Positions 23,658 to 32,085 of a DNA stretch of 33,683 bases are shown here, in pieces. The position numbers were made by a program, and so were the translations under genes. Position 1 is the stretch's first letter, and each line of letters begins with the position of its first letter. Source of the stretch: Candidatus Brocadiia bacterium (GTDB taxonomy: Bacteria > Planctomycetota > Brocadiia > SM23-32); NCBI GenBank assembly GCA_046538485.1, contig JBKHIT010000057.1, positions 1-33,683 on the forward strand. Direction: 5' to 3'. The notes beneath the pieces were generated by a model that worked only from the letters and a program-made list of their open reading frames with translations, was not told the origin of the DNA and made no database searches.

Positions 23658-26336
23658 ATGATTTCCAATACCAGAAATAACTGTCCAAATTCAGATAATC
23701 CCTCTGATATCCGTTATCAGATAGAATCGGATATGAATCTTGAGGGACAGTACGAAAAATGCGTCTTGAACGTAACTGATGATGCTATTTTCTCTGTATG
23801 CGAGTGCGGTGTCGAAGAAAAAGTCGCGCTTTCGAGTGTTGAGTACGTCGTTTGCGCAGAATATGTCGGCAACGGACGCCTCGAAGCCCATCTTAAAAGT
23901 GGACGGCAGGTGCCGTTAATCCGGTATTCAAAAACACTCTCCGACAAATACGAAAAAGCTGAGGACGAGATCAACAAGCTTCTTGGCCGAGAAATCACCC
24001 AGGATGAGCGTGAAAAACAGCACGAACAAGAAGGGCCCAGTGAGACAAAGCTTACTTACCGGTGTCCGAACTGCGGCTATCCCCTCAAACATCAAGGCGA
24101 CGTCTGCCCCAGATGCGTCGATGTTAAGTCGATGATCTGGCGTCTGGTCAAGTACCTCCGTCCATACTGGTTTGAGACAGCGGTCGGCTTGACTCTTGCG
24201 CTGATCCTGGCCACAAGCCAGCTGATTCCGGGATTACTCTTACAGCGAATGATTGACGGCCCGCTACGCCTCCCCTCAGTTCCAACAGTGATCGAAGAGA
24301 AAAAAGTCCGCGAGGGAACCCCCGAAAGCCAGTTTCTAAGCGAAAAGGTATACCGTAAAGCTCAGAAGCACCAGGTACCCGTAGAAGCACTGCACGGGAC
24401 AGGGACGCGGGGGTTGATAACCGGTTCAGACCTGAATGATTACCTTAAAAAATCGGACGTATTTGCAACGCCTGACGCCCAGGTTTTGGCTTATCGTAAC
24501 AAAATCCACCCGGAACAAATTTCAAAACGCAATGCCAACGGCAAGATCACAACAGATATTGTGCAGGCTTACCTGAACGACATTGAGAATCTTAACATCA
24601 CGCCGCTTGCCCGCACCTGGGCATTCCATACCGGGATGGATCTCAGCACCGTTGAAACGCCCGCCGACACCGGTTTGATCACAAAAGACGAGATTGTGAA
24701 TGCCGGGAAACCCGGGCGATTACAAATGGTGCTTCTGTTGGTGGGTGCCCTGCTGATCACCTTTCTGGTGCGTTCGCTTATCGTCTGGGGCCGGGGAAAT
24801 ATAATGGGATCCCTGGGTGCAAAACTTATGCATGATATCAGGACTCACCTTTACAGCGCTCTGCAACGATTAAGCCTTTCGTTCTACGACCGCGAGCATA
24901 CCGGCCGTATCATGTCGCGGGTAACAAAAGATGCGACAGTGCTGCGTAACTTTATCGTCCAGGGCCTGCAACGAATTGTCATCTACAGTTTAACACTCGT
25001 CGTGCTCGCTATTACCATGATTGGTTTTCACTGGAAACTCGCCTTGCTGACTTTGCTGCCCATGCCCCTGATGGCAATCGGGACTTATCTTTTCGCGCGG
25101 CGGGCTCGTAATCTCTATCGCCGGATACGTCGAAAAGGTGCCACTCTATTGAAAACTGTAAAGGAAACCGTATCGGGAGTGAGCATCGTCAAGGCCTTTG
25201 CACAGGAAGAACGCGAACTTGACACATTCCGCGAAAAGAACCGGGATCATCTGGATGCCACGGTTGAATCCGTAAAACTCAAAAGCTTGTTTCAGCCCGC
25301 CGTGATATTTCTCACGGCTGTCGGGACTTTGATCATCTACTCCTACGGCGGATACCTGGTCATCAAAGGCGGTCCCGACGGACTGACCGTTGGCGTGCTG
25401 GTGATGTTCAACGCTTTCATGGCCCAGTTCTACACCCCGGTCCGCCAGTTATCCCAGCTGACAGACATTTTCCAGCAGGCCGCCGTCTCGGCCGAGCGTA
25501 TTTTCAGCATCATTGATACGCCGTCGGAAGTCGCCGACTCCGAAAGCCCTTACGTTCCCGAAAAGATCGAAGGGCATGTTGTTCTGGACAATGTTGATTT
25601 CTCTTACGAAAAAGGAGAACGTGTCCTCAAAGATATTAATTTGGAAGTGAAACCGGGCGAAATCATCGGCCTGGTGGGCCAGACTGGCTCAGGGAAAAGC
25701 ACGATCGTCAAACTGCTTGCTCGTTTCTACGACCCTGAAAATGGCCGTATTATTCTCGATGGACATGATTTGCGGGAAATGCGGCTGAAATCGCTCCGGG
25801 AAAATATCGGAATGGTTTTGCAAGAAACCTTCCTGTTCACAGGAACGATTCGCGAAAATATCGCCTATGGGCGTCCCGAAGCCAGCAATCAAGAAATCAT
25901 TGAGGCCGCGCGGGCCGCAAACGCTCACGATTTTATCATGGATCTGCCGGACGCTTACGATACTTATACTGGCGAACGTGGTGTTGGATTGTCCGGAGGA
26001 GAAAAACAACGTGTTGCCATTGCAAGAGCCATTCTAAAAGATCCCGCTATCCTTATCCTGGATGAAGCCACTTCGGCTGTGGATACTGCCACCGAAGCCA
26101 TGATCCAGGATGCTCTGGATAATTTGATGGAGGGACGCACAACGTTTGCCATCGCCCACCGTCTTTCAACCCTTCAGAACGCCAACCGGTTGGTAGTTCT
26201 TGAAAACGGAGAAATTGCGGAGATGGGTACCCATGACGAATTGCTCGAGAAAGAAGACGGAATTTACCGTAACCTTGTTGAAATCCAGGATTTACTTTCT
26301 GGTTCCAAATCGCTGCAAAAAGAATCGGCAGCATAA
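23658..26336 (+). CDS. Fused ABC exporter (TMD plus NBD) with N-terminal extension, zinc ribbon and three inserted E3-binding-like repeats
   Basis: CPNC...CPRC before TM1; ABC_membrane motifs (LSLSFYD...TGRIMSR, VKAFAQE, SAERIF); NBD GQTGSGKS, LSGGEKQR, ILILDEATS, IAHRLST. Confidence 0.93.
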   Translation: MISNTRNNCPNSDNPSDIRYQIESDMNLEGQYEKCVLNVTDDAIFSVCECGVEEKVALSSVEYVVCAEYVGNGRLEAHLKSGRQVPLIRYSKTLSDKYEKAEDEINKLLGREITQDEREKQHEQEGPSETKLTYRCPNCGYPLKHQGDVCPRCVDVKSMIWRLVKYLRPYWFETAVGLTLALILATSQLIPGLLLQRMIDGPLRLPSVPTVIEEKKVREGTPESQFLSEKVYRKAQKHQVPVEALHGTGTRGLITGSDLNDYLKKSDVFATPDAQVLAYRNKIHPEQISKRNANGKITTDIVQAYLNDIENLNITPLARTWAFHTGMDLSTVETPADTGLITKDEIVNAGKPGRLQMVLLLVGALLITFLVRSLIVWGRGNIMGSLGAKLMHDIRTHLYSALQRLSLSFYDREHTGRIMSRVTKDATVLRNFIVQGLQRIVIYSLTLVVLAITMIGFHWKLALLTLLPMPLMAIGTYLFARRARNLYRRIRRKGATLLKTVKETVSGVSIVKAFAQEERELDTFREKNRDHLDATVESVKLKSLFQPAVIFLTAVGTLIIYSYGGYLVIKGGPDGLTVGVLVMFNAFMAQFYTPVRQLSQLTDIFQQAAVSAERIFSIIDTPSEVADSESPYVPEKIEGHVVLDNVDFSYEKGERVLKDINLEVKPGEIIGLVGQTGSGKSTIVKLLARFYDPENGRIILDGHDLREMRLKSLRENIGMVLQETFLFTGTIRENIAYGRPEASNQEIIEAARAANAHDFIMDLPDAYDTYTGERGVGLSGGEKQRVAIARAILKDPAILILDEATSAVDTATEAMIQDALDNLMEGRTTFAIAHRLSTLQNANRLVVLENGEIAEMGTHDELLEKEDGIYRNLVEIQDLLSGSKSLQKESAA

Positions 26337-26348
26337 AGGAGAAGAGCC

Positions 26349-26882
26349 ATGGCTACCACACTTGCCGGTAGCTTGATGTTGCAACAGAAGGAATATGAGG
26401 ATTTTTGCCCCAGAACCGACCGGGTAACCCTCCGGCGACCCGATGAGGGCAAAAATATATTGCTGAAAATTAACGATGAAACACACGAAATTGGACGGAT
26501 TGCCAGCGCCTTTCCGCTTTCATCCGCCATGGAAAACGTAGCATTCTTCACCACCGAAGGTGAAGAAATCGGAGTCATGAAAAAGGTGGAGAGACTCGAC
26601 CCCGAATCGTTCCGCATTCTTCGTGAGGAACTGGAGAAAGCATATTTCATGCCTGCCATTCTCGCGGTTGAGGACATTAACGAACATCTCGGCGTCGAGG
26701 AATGGGGAGTGCGCACCGATAAAGGTCAGCGAACCTTCCAGGTGCGAGACCCCCGCCGAAACGTCCGCAAAATCGGCGAAAGCCGAATTTTGATTAAGGA
26801 CGTTGATGGCAACCGCTACGAAGTTAAAGACTGGAAGCGGATGGACCGCACCAGCTTTTCATACCTGATGCAATATGTCTAA
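26349..26882 (+). CDS. DUF1854 family protein
   Basis: AFPLS...VAF...GEEIG...L..ES..IL.EEL..AYFMP.I..V......G..EW.V.TDKG.RTF...ILIKDVDGNRYE pattern; AAGGAG RBS; 12 nt after the exporter stop. Confidence 0.8.
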   Translation: MATTLAGSLMLQQKEYEDFCPRTDRVTLRRPDEGKNILLKINDETHEIGRIASAFPLSSAMENVAFFTTEGEEIGVMKKVERLDPESFRILREELEKAYFMPAILAVEDINEHLGVEEWGVRTDKGQRTFQVRDPRRNVRKIGESRILIKDVDGNRYEVKDWKRMDRTSFSYLMQYV

Positions 26883-26931
26883 TTTTCAATAATGTCCGTT
26901 TCACTTCAGCGGACCGTTCGGTTACAATCCC

Positions 26932-26960
26932 GCCCCGGGAGCTTTTTCCCGGGGCTTTTT
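26932..26960 (+). terminator. Rho-independent terminator of the exporter-DUF1854 operon
   Basis: Perfect 9-bp stem GCCCCGGGA / TCCCGGGGC, 6-nt loop, followed by TTTTT. Confidence 0.75.
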
Positions 26961-26983
26961 CCTTATAAGGGAGCCAACCAACT

Positions 26984-27637
26984 ATGCTGTACGATTTCCA
27001 TACACACACGTATATGTCGGATGGCGTTCTGGGATTTGCCGAACTTGCGCGACGCTGCCAGAAACTGGGCTACAACGGGCTCACCATCGCAGATCATTGT
27101 GATAGCGCCAATCTCGAAATAACCGTTAAACAAACAGTCTTGTTCTGCCAGAGAGCCTCCGGGCATTACGGCTCAATGATCCTTTTGCCCGGTTGCGAAA
27201 TAACCCATTCGCCGCCTGATCTGATTCCCTCCCTCGTCGAAAAGGCCCGCGAATTAGGGGCCAAAATGGTCCTCGTGCACGGCGAAACCATCGTCGAGCC
27301 TGTGATCCCGGGAACCAACAAGGCGGCCATTAAAGCCGGGGCTGACGTGCTGGCTCACCCCGGCCTTATCGAAACCGAAGACGCCGCTCTCGCCGCGGAA
27401 TCGGGAACGTTTCTCGAAATCAGCGGCCGCAAAGGACATTGCTACACGAACGGACATGTCGCCAAAATCGCTCGGGAAACGGGCACCTCAATATCATTTG
27501 GATCCGACGGACACCAACCCGGCGATTACCCGGCCCCGGAACAAGCCAACCGTATCTTGAAAGGTGCCGGACTCGACGACTCCGAGATCGAAACCATTTT
27601 CGCTTCAATGGCAAAAATCTTCGCTAAACAGCGGTAG
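26984..27637 (+). CDS. PHP domain phosphoesterase (histidinol-phosphatase-like)
   Basis: DFHTHT..SDG, IADH, GCEITH, VHGET, LAHPG, GSDGH. Confidence 0.88.
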   Translation: MLYDFHTHTYMSDGVLGFAELARRCQKLGYNGLTIADHCDSANLEITVKQTVLFCQRASGHYGSMILLPGCEITHSPPDLIPSLVEKARELGAKMVLVHGETIVEPVIPGTNKAAIKAGADVLAHPGLIETEDAALAAESGTFLEISGRKGHCYTNGHVAKIARETGTSISFGSDGHQPGDYPAPEQANRILKGAGLDDSEIETIFASMAKIFAKQR

Positions 27638-27758
27638 TCATCGGGGGACGGACTGTGGGTCCAAAATTACTGGTAGGCCACCCCTCCGATTGCCGTACCC
27701 AACACGATCCATTCATTCGCCGCTTAGATCCCACCCCTGACGCAATGATGATCCCGAC

Positions 27759-28886
27759 TTACCACTTACGGGTAGCCTGCTCGATGGCGAGAACAGAATA
27801 AGACGTCACCAATTCCGGGATTTGTTCCATCCACCGCCCATTTTCGTTGACCCAGGAACCGTTCTCTTTCTGAACTTTCAGCAGGTGGGAAACCAGCTCC
27901 TTCCGCCAATCGTGACGTTCACCTTTCGGGCTAACGATCACTTCTACATTGGCAGCATTCAGAGCTTTTGCCAGGGTCTGATAATAATAATAGAGCCCCT
28001 GTTGGCCGATCCCGGGATTCCTCTCGACCGTCCAGTGTTTGCTAACCCAATCCATGGCTGCCTTTACGCGGCGGTCATTCCGGTCCACACGCGCATAAAT
28101 CATACTTTTCAAGCCGGCGTAGGTCATACCCGCATAGGTCCGCAGCGTCCCATCGGGACGACGACCTGCTTTGCTTTCGTTCGGACGGTACACAAACCCC
28201 CCATCCTTCTTCTGACATTTTTGAAGGTAGACCAGTGCTTTATCAAAAGCCAGTTCTGTTCTGGTCTTTCCCGCACCATCTTCCGGTTTATCCTCCTCCA
28301 CCGCCTGCTGCAGAGCATGCACCGCCTCAAGTGCGAGCTGAGTATTCGACATATCTGCTCGATGCATCCCTTTGCCGGATTGATGTTTTTCATACCCCCA
28401 ACCACCGTACTGATTGTCTTTTGTGGTCATATCTTCACTCTCATCTACCTGCAGGTTAAGCAGATACTCTTTGGCTTTGCGGACCAATTTTTTGTCCTCC
28501 GGCTGCCCCGCTTCGATCAATGCCATTACGCAGATGCTGGTGGTATAATTAGCATAGTATTTTTCGTAGATTCCCCCGTTCGGACGGGCGTGTTTTCGAA
28601 TATATGCCAGAGCTTTCTGAACCGTCTCGCTTTCGGCCCCATATTCATCCATCCCGCCACCCATGATCGCCGTGACAATCAGCCCGGTAAACGCCGGATT
28701 ATCACGCCAGGAACCGTTTTCCTGCTGTTTATCTTCAAGGTACTGTAAGGCTCGCGCAATAGCGGCCTTACTCTCAAGCAAAAGCGATTTGTCACGTCGG
28801 GGTTTTGCCGGCTCTCCCCTCAAATTTCCACACAAAAGGCTACCAATGAATACAATTGCACAGATGACTGTTTTTTTCTGAGACAT
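27759..28886 (-). CDS. Exported prenyltransferase/squalene-cyclase-repeat protein
   Basis: Signal peptide; QW-like repeats QQENGSW, GGWGY, QKKDGGF, QKENGSW; ADMSNT; YYYY motif; ATG 28886 follows AGAAAGGA. Confidence 0.85.
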   Translation of the reverse strand: MSQKKTVICAIVFIGSLLCGNLRGEPAKPRRDKSLLLESKAAIARALQYLEDKQQENGSWRDNPAFTGLIVTAIMGGGMDEYGAESETVQKALAYIRKHARPNGGIYEKYYANYTTSICVMALIEAGQPEDKKLVRKAKEYLLNLQVDESEDMTTKDNQYGGWGYEKHQSGKGMHRADMSNTQLALEAVHALQQAVEEDKPEDGAGKTRTELAFDKALVYLQKCQKKDGGFVYRPNESKAGRRPDGTLRTYAGMTYAGLKSMIYARVDRNDRRVKAAMDWVSKHWTVERNPGIGQQGLYYYYQTLAKALNAANVEVIVSPKGERHDWRKELVSHLLKVQKENGSWVNENGRWMEQIPELVTSYSVLAIEQATRKW

Positions 28887-29015
28887 CGTGGGTCCTTTCT
28901 CCGTTCGCTCTATCAATTTATGCTTCGACTCAACCGATTAATCATCGGCCGTTATTATCCCCCCATAGGAGCATTCCGCCTGAGGAATTCATTGTACTTA
29001 GACAGGTCAACGGCT

Positions 29016-29840
29016 TCAATCCTCTTCACCCGTTTCGTCCCCCTCCGAATTGTTATCATGCTTTGCCGGCCCACCTTCTTTGTTGACAGCCTTCACAATA
29101 ATGGTAACGTCGGTTCCTTTTGATGGGCAGAGTTTTTGGTTGACAGCTCCCCATGTATCGTCATTTACCCTCTTCGTTGAAATCTCCAGAATTGCGAAGG
29201 GATCATAAAAAGTTGTAACAAGCGATCCCTCAACATCTGCACCGAACCTGCCTTTTACCCATCGGCTGCCGACGAAAACCCATTTGGTATCTTCAAGAGG
29301 CTTTTTCTCGTTGACGTCCCACAGTAATTTCTCGGCTCGTTTTTTGACCTTTTTCTTCTTATTCTTCCCCTCCTCCCATTCCACAAAGATTTCCACCATA
29401 TCGCCGGCCTGAGGTTCATTTTTCTCCTCGGTTTTTTCCTCTCCATAAAACCGCAGACCCGGGTTACGACCGGGTTTCAGATTGAGCAGAATAAGAGCCA
29501 CCTGTAGATAAATGGGTTTTATATCTGTTGTCAGCACACTTTCGTGAACCTTACCTTCTGTCAGGCAAAGCAACAGCTCAATTGGCCCCCCTTCGTCCAT
29601 ATTGACGCGCCCGGGAAACTGAACAGTCTTCTCCCGAGCGTGGATCCTCAGAGAACCGAGACGGTAGCGCCCGGGGCCGATTTTCTTGACTTTTGTCCGG
29701 ATGTCCTCCAGCGATTTTTTCGACTCAGAAGCACTTTTTTTCTCCGCAGCTTGCATACAAACCAGGCTGGCCAGAAGAGTAAGGCCTACAAAAATCGAAA
29801 TCAGGCTGACGTTAAATCGCCAGGGCTTTTTGTGTTTCAT
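29016..29840 (-). CDS. Exported YdjY-like protein
   Basis: Signal-peptide-like N-terminus; IELLLC..GKVHESVL, ALILLNLKPG, V.I.VEW, WVFVGS, P.KGT.V motifs. Confidence 0.7.
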   Translation of the reverse strand: MKHKKPWRFNVSLISIFVGLTLLASLVCMQAAEKKSASESKKSLEDIRTKVKKIGPGRYRLGSLRIHAREKTVQFPGRVNMDEGGPIELLLCLTEGKVHESVLTTDIKPIYLQVALILLNLKPGRNPGLRFYGEEKTEEKNEPQAGDMVEIFVEWEEGKNKKKKVKKRAEKLLWDVNEKKPLEDTKWVFVGSRWVKGRFGADVEGSLVTTFYDPFAILEISTKRVNDDTWGAVNQKLCPSKGTDVTIIVKAVNKEGGPAKHDNNSEGDETGEED

Positions 29841-29947
29841 TGAAGGCTCGTCCTCGTAGCCTTATTAGATTTTTCTATATCCATTACCTGGTATACGGCA
29901 TTATCAACCCGTTGTAAACACGAGATTTGTTCTGTTTCGAATAAAAT

Positions 29948-30016
29948 CTACCCGGCTGCCGTAGCTACCATACGGTGCAAACGGCAGGCCGGACAGGGTA
30001 GGTACGGCCTGCCGTT
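29948..30016. other. Intergenic structured element with overlapping inverted repeats
   Basis: AACGGCAGGCCG (29980-29991) and CGGCCTGCCGTT (30005-30016) form a perfect 12-bp inverted repeat; the first arm also pairs with CCGGCTGCCGT (29952-29962). Confidence 0.6.
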
Positions 30017-30044
30017 CGTCGCTATTTCACTCGTTTCACCAACC

Positions 30045-30842
30045 TCAGACCAAAAACTGCCCGATATAGCGTCGCGTCAGCAGCAGGCATTTTCGCCGCA
30101 GTGGGGGCTGACTCCATTTCGGGCCATGGGGCTCAACAGAAAGGTAGCCGTCATAATCGTGCTCGTAGAGAAATGCCATAATTTTGCCCCATTCGATGTC
30201 TCCCAGCCCCGCGGCCGGCTGAGATACCAGTTCGCCATCCATATACAGATGCTCTTTCACATGCATATGGTAGATTTGATCGCCGGCATCGCGGAGAATG
30301 GGCAGATAATCCTCACCACTGTGGCGGATATTGGCAGGATCGAGTTTTATGCCGACATCGGGAACTTGTTCCCAGATCCTCTGATAATCTTCCAGACCTT
30401 TGATAAAACTATTTCCGTGGACGGGATACAGCGCAATTTTAAGTCCCGCTTCGTCCGCTTTCTCCACATAGGGAGGCATGATTCGGCAGAATTCCTCTGT
30501 GTTTTCCTCGGGGGACGCATCGGGAATCTCGCCCGCCCCTGTTATCAGTATTTCCGTCCCCAGGATTTGCGCGTATTCAATGGCTCTATCAAGATGCCCG
30601 AGACTTTCCTCCCGCTCTTCGTTGGAACGCGCGATATGATTCCAGCCCCACAAACCAAGTGCACAGGCGGCCACGCCGTTGTCATCGAGAATTGCGCGCA
30701 TTTTTTTGACGGTATCTTCTGTTAAATCCTCAAAATTTTTCCAGTAATTATACTCAATTCCTTCGTAGCCGTTCGCGGCCGCAAACTGCGCGTCCTTTTT
30801 CACACCATCGAGGTCATTAACACCAATAAATCCCATCTTCAT
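30045..30842 (-). CDS. Sugar phosphate isomerase/epimerase family protein (AP_endonuc_2 barrel)
   Basis: GYEGIE, AIEYAQILG, LDPAN, IYHMHVKE, GLGDIEW, YDGYLSVE. Confidence 0.88.
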   Translation of the reverse strand: MKMGFIGVNDLDGVKKDAQFAAANGYEGIEYNYWKNFEDLTEDTVKKMRAILDDNGVAACALGLWGWNHIARSNEEREESLGHLDRAIEYAQILGTEILITGAGEIPDASPEENTEEFCRIMPPYVEKADEAGLKIALYPVHGNSFIKGLEDYQRIWEQVPDVGIKLDPANIRHSGEDYLPILRDAGDQIYHMHVKEHLYMDGELVSQPAAGLGDIEWGKIMAFLYEHDYDGYLSVEPHGPKWSQPPLRRKCLLLTRRYIGQFLV

Positions 30843-30884
30843 GTTTCAGCTCCGATCTTTCTTCTGAATTAAAGTTTGCCCAGA

Positions 30885-31931
30885 TTAATTGGACCCGTCC
30901 AATCGTATTTCACGGCCTTTTTCTCCACTTTCCAGAATCGCTTCCAGCATTTCCTGGACCATCATTCCGTGCCGAAGCGGCGCTTCGCATTCCTTTCCAT
31001 CCAGTATGCATTCGATGAAATGAGCCGCGATCATGTCCCAGCCGCTCGGGCCCTCAGGCAGATCCACGGATACATCCTGTGGCGCGTTGTGCACTGTGCG
31101 GTATACGGTAAGCGGTGTGAGTTGAGCCCCCGCCTCGTTCCCAAATATCTCAAGCTGCAGTTCGGGAGACTGATGGGAAGCCCAAAAACTCTCCACCTGA
31201 AGTGCACTTCCTCCCTCAAAACGGATAATTCCGCCGGCGTAATCGTCCACGTTGTACTGGGAGTAAACATCTTCGGATGGAGTGTTGAAATTCCAGTATC
31301 CTTTGCCTTTTGGCCCGAATTCCGCCCCGGCCACGCCGCTCACGCTGACCGGTTGCGGCGTGCCCATAATCCACCAGGCGGCATCCAGCACATGCACTCC
31401 CATATCACGGAAAGCTCCGCCACCTTCAGTGATAAAACCGAGATTCCATGCGGGAATACCGCTCCGCCGCACGCTGCGAGCTCGGGCATAATAAATGTCT
31501 CCGAACTCCCCCTCCTGTGCAAGCGCCCCGAGATAGCGTGTGGGCTGGCCAAAACGAGTGGAAAGCGACATCATATTCACTACTCCGGCCGACTCTGCAG
31601 TTTCAACCAGCTCTTCGGCCTCACTCAAATCCCCGGACAGAGGTTTTGTAATCAGCACGTGTTTGCCGTTACGCACCGCTTCGAGTGCCACCGGAACGTG
31701 GAGCTGGTTTGGGGTCCCCACAAATACAGCATCTACCTCCTCGCTCTGGCACATTTCGTGATAATCGGTAAAAGTATCCACCGGTTCAGGAAGCTCTTCC
31801 GCAAAAGCATCCATTTTCTCCTGCACCAGGTCGCACAGAGCGGTGACGCGCCCGCGGGCATTGTTTGCAATCGCCCTGCCATTAGGTTTGCCGATTCCCA
31901 TTCCAACAATACCGACTCTTACTTCTTCCAT
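30885..31931 (-). CDS. Gfo/Idh/MocA family oxidoreductase
   Basis: VGIVGMGIG, DAVFVGTPNQLH, GKHVLITKPL, GGGAFRDMGVHVLD; GGAG RBS before ATG 31931. Confidence 0.92.
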   Translation of the reverse strand: MEEVRVGIVGMGIGKPNGRAIANNARGRVTALCDLVQEKMDAFAEELPEPVDTFTDYHEMCQSEEVDAVFVGTPNQLHVPVALEAVRNGKHVLITKPLSGDLSEAEELVETAESAGVVNMMSLSTRFGQPTRYLGALAQEGEFGDIYYARARSVRRSGIPAWNLGFITEGGGAFRDMGVHVLDAAWWIMGTPQPVSVSGVAGAEFGPKGKGYWNFNTPSEDVYSQYNVDDYAGGIIRFEGGSALQVESFWASHQSPELQLEIFGNEAGAQLTPLTVYRTVHNAPQDVSVDLPEGPSGWDMIAAHFIECILDGKECEAPLRHGMMVQEMLEAILESGEKGREIRLDGSN

Positions 31932-32085
31932 AAAAACACTCCTTTCCCGCCCGAAAATCGTGGCTATTTTTCTTTGATTGCGAATGCGCCCCAAGAAGGT
32001 CAGACTGCCAGAAATCCGATTTGTCCTACCGCTCCGCAGAAAACGTTGCGGTTTCCGGCCGACGTGTTTTCACGGCCGCCGATCA

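Noticed and set aside
27822..28748. 308-aa + strand ORF
   Set aside because: Antisense shadow of the prenyltransferase-repeat gene
27759..28886. Squalene-hopene cyclase call
   Set aside because: Too short, has a signal peptide, and has no DxDD motif
29945..30020. c-di-GMP-I riboswitch (minus strand CTACGGCAGCCGGGT resembles its 3' end)
   Set aside because: The 5' GGCAAA, GNRA-capped P2 and CGCAAA elements are missing; kept only as an unclassified structured element
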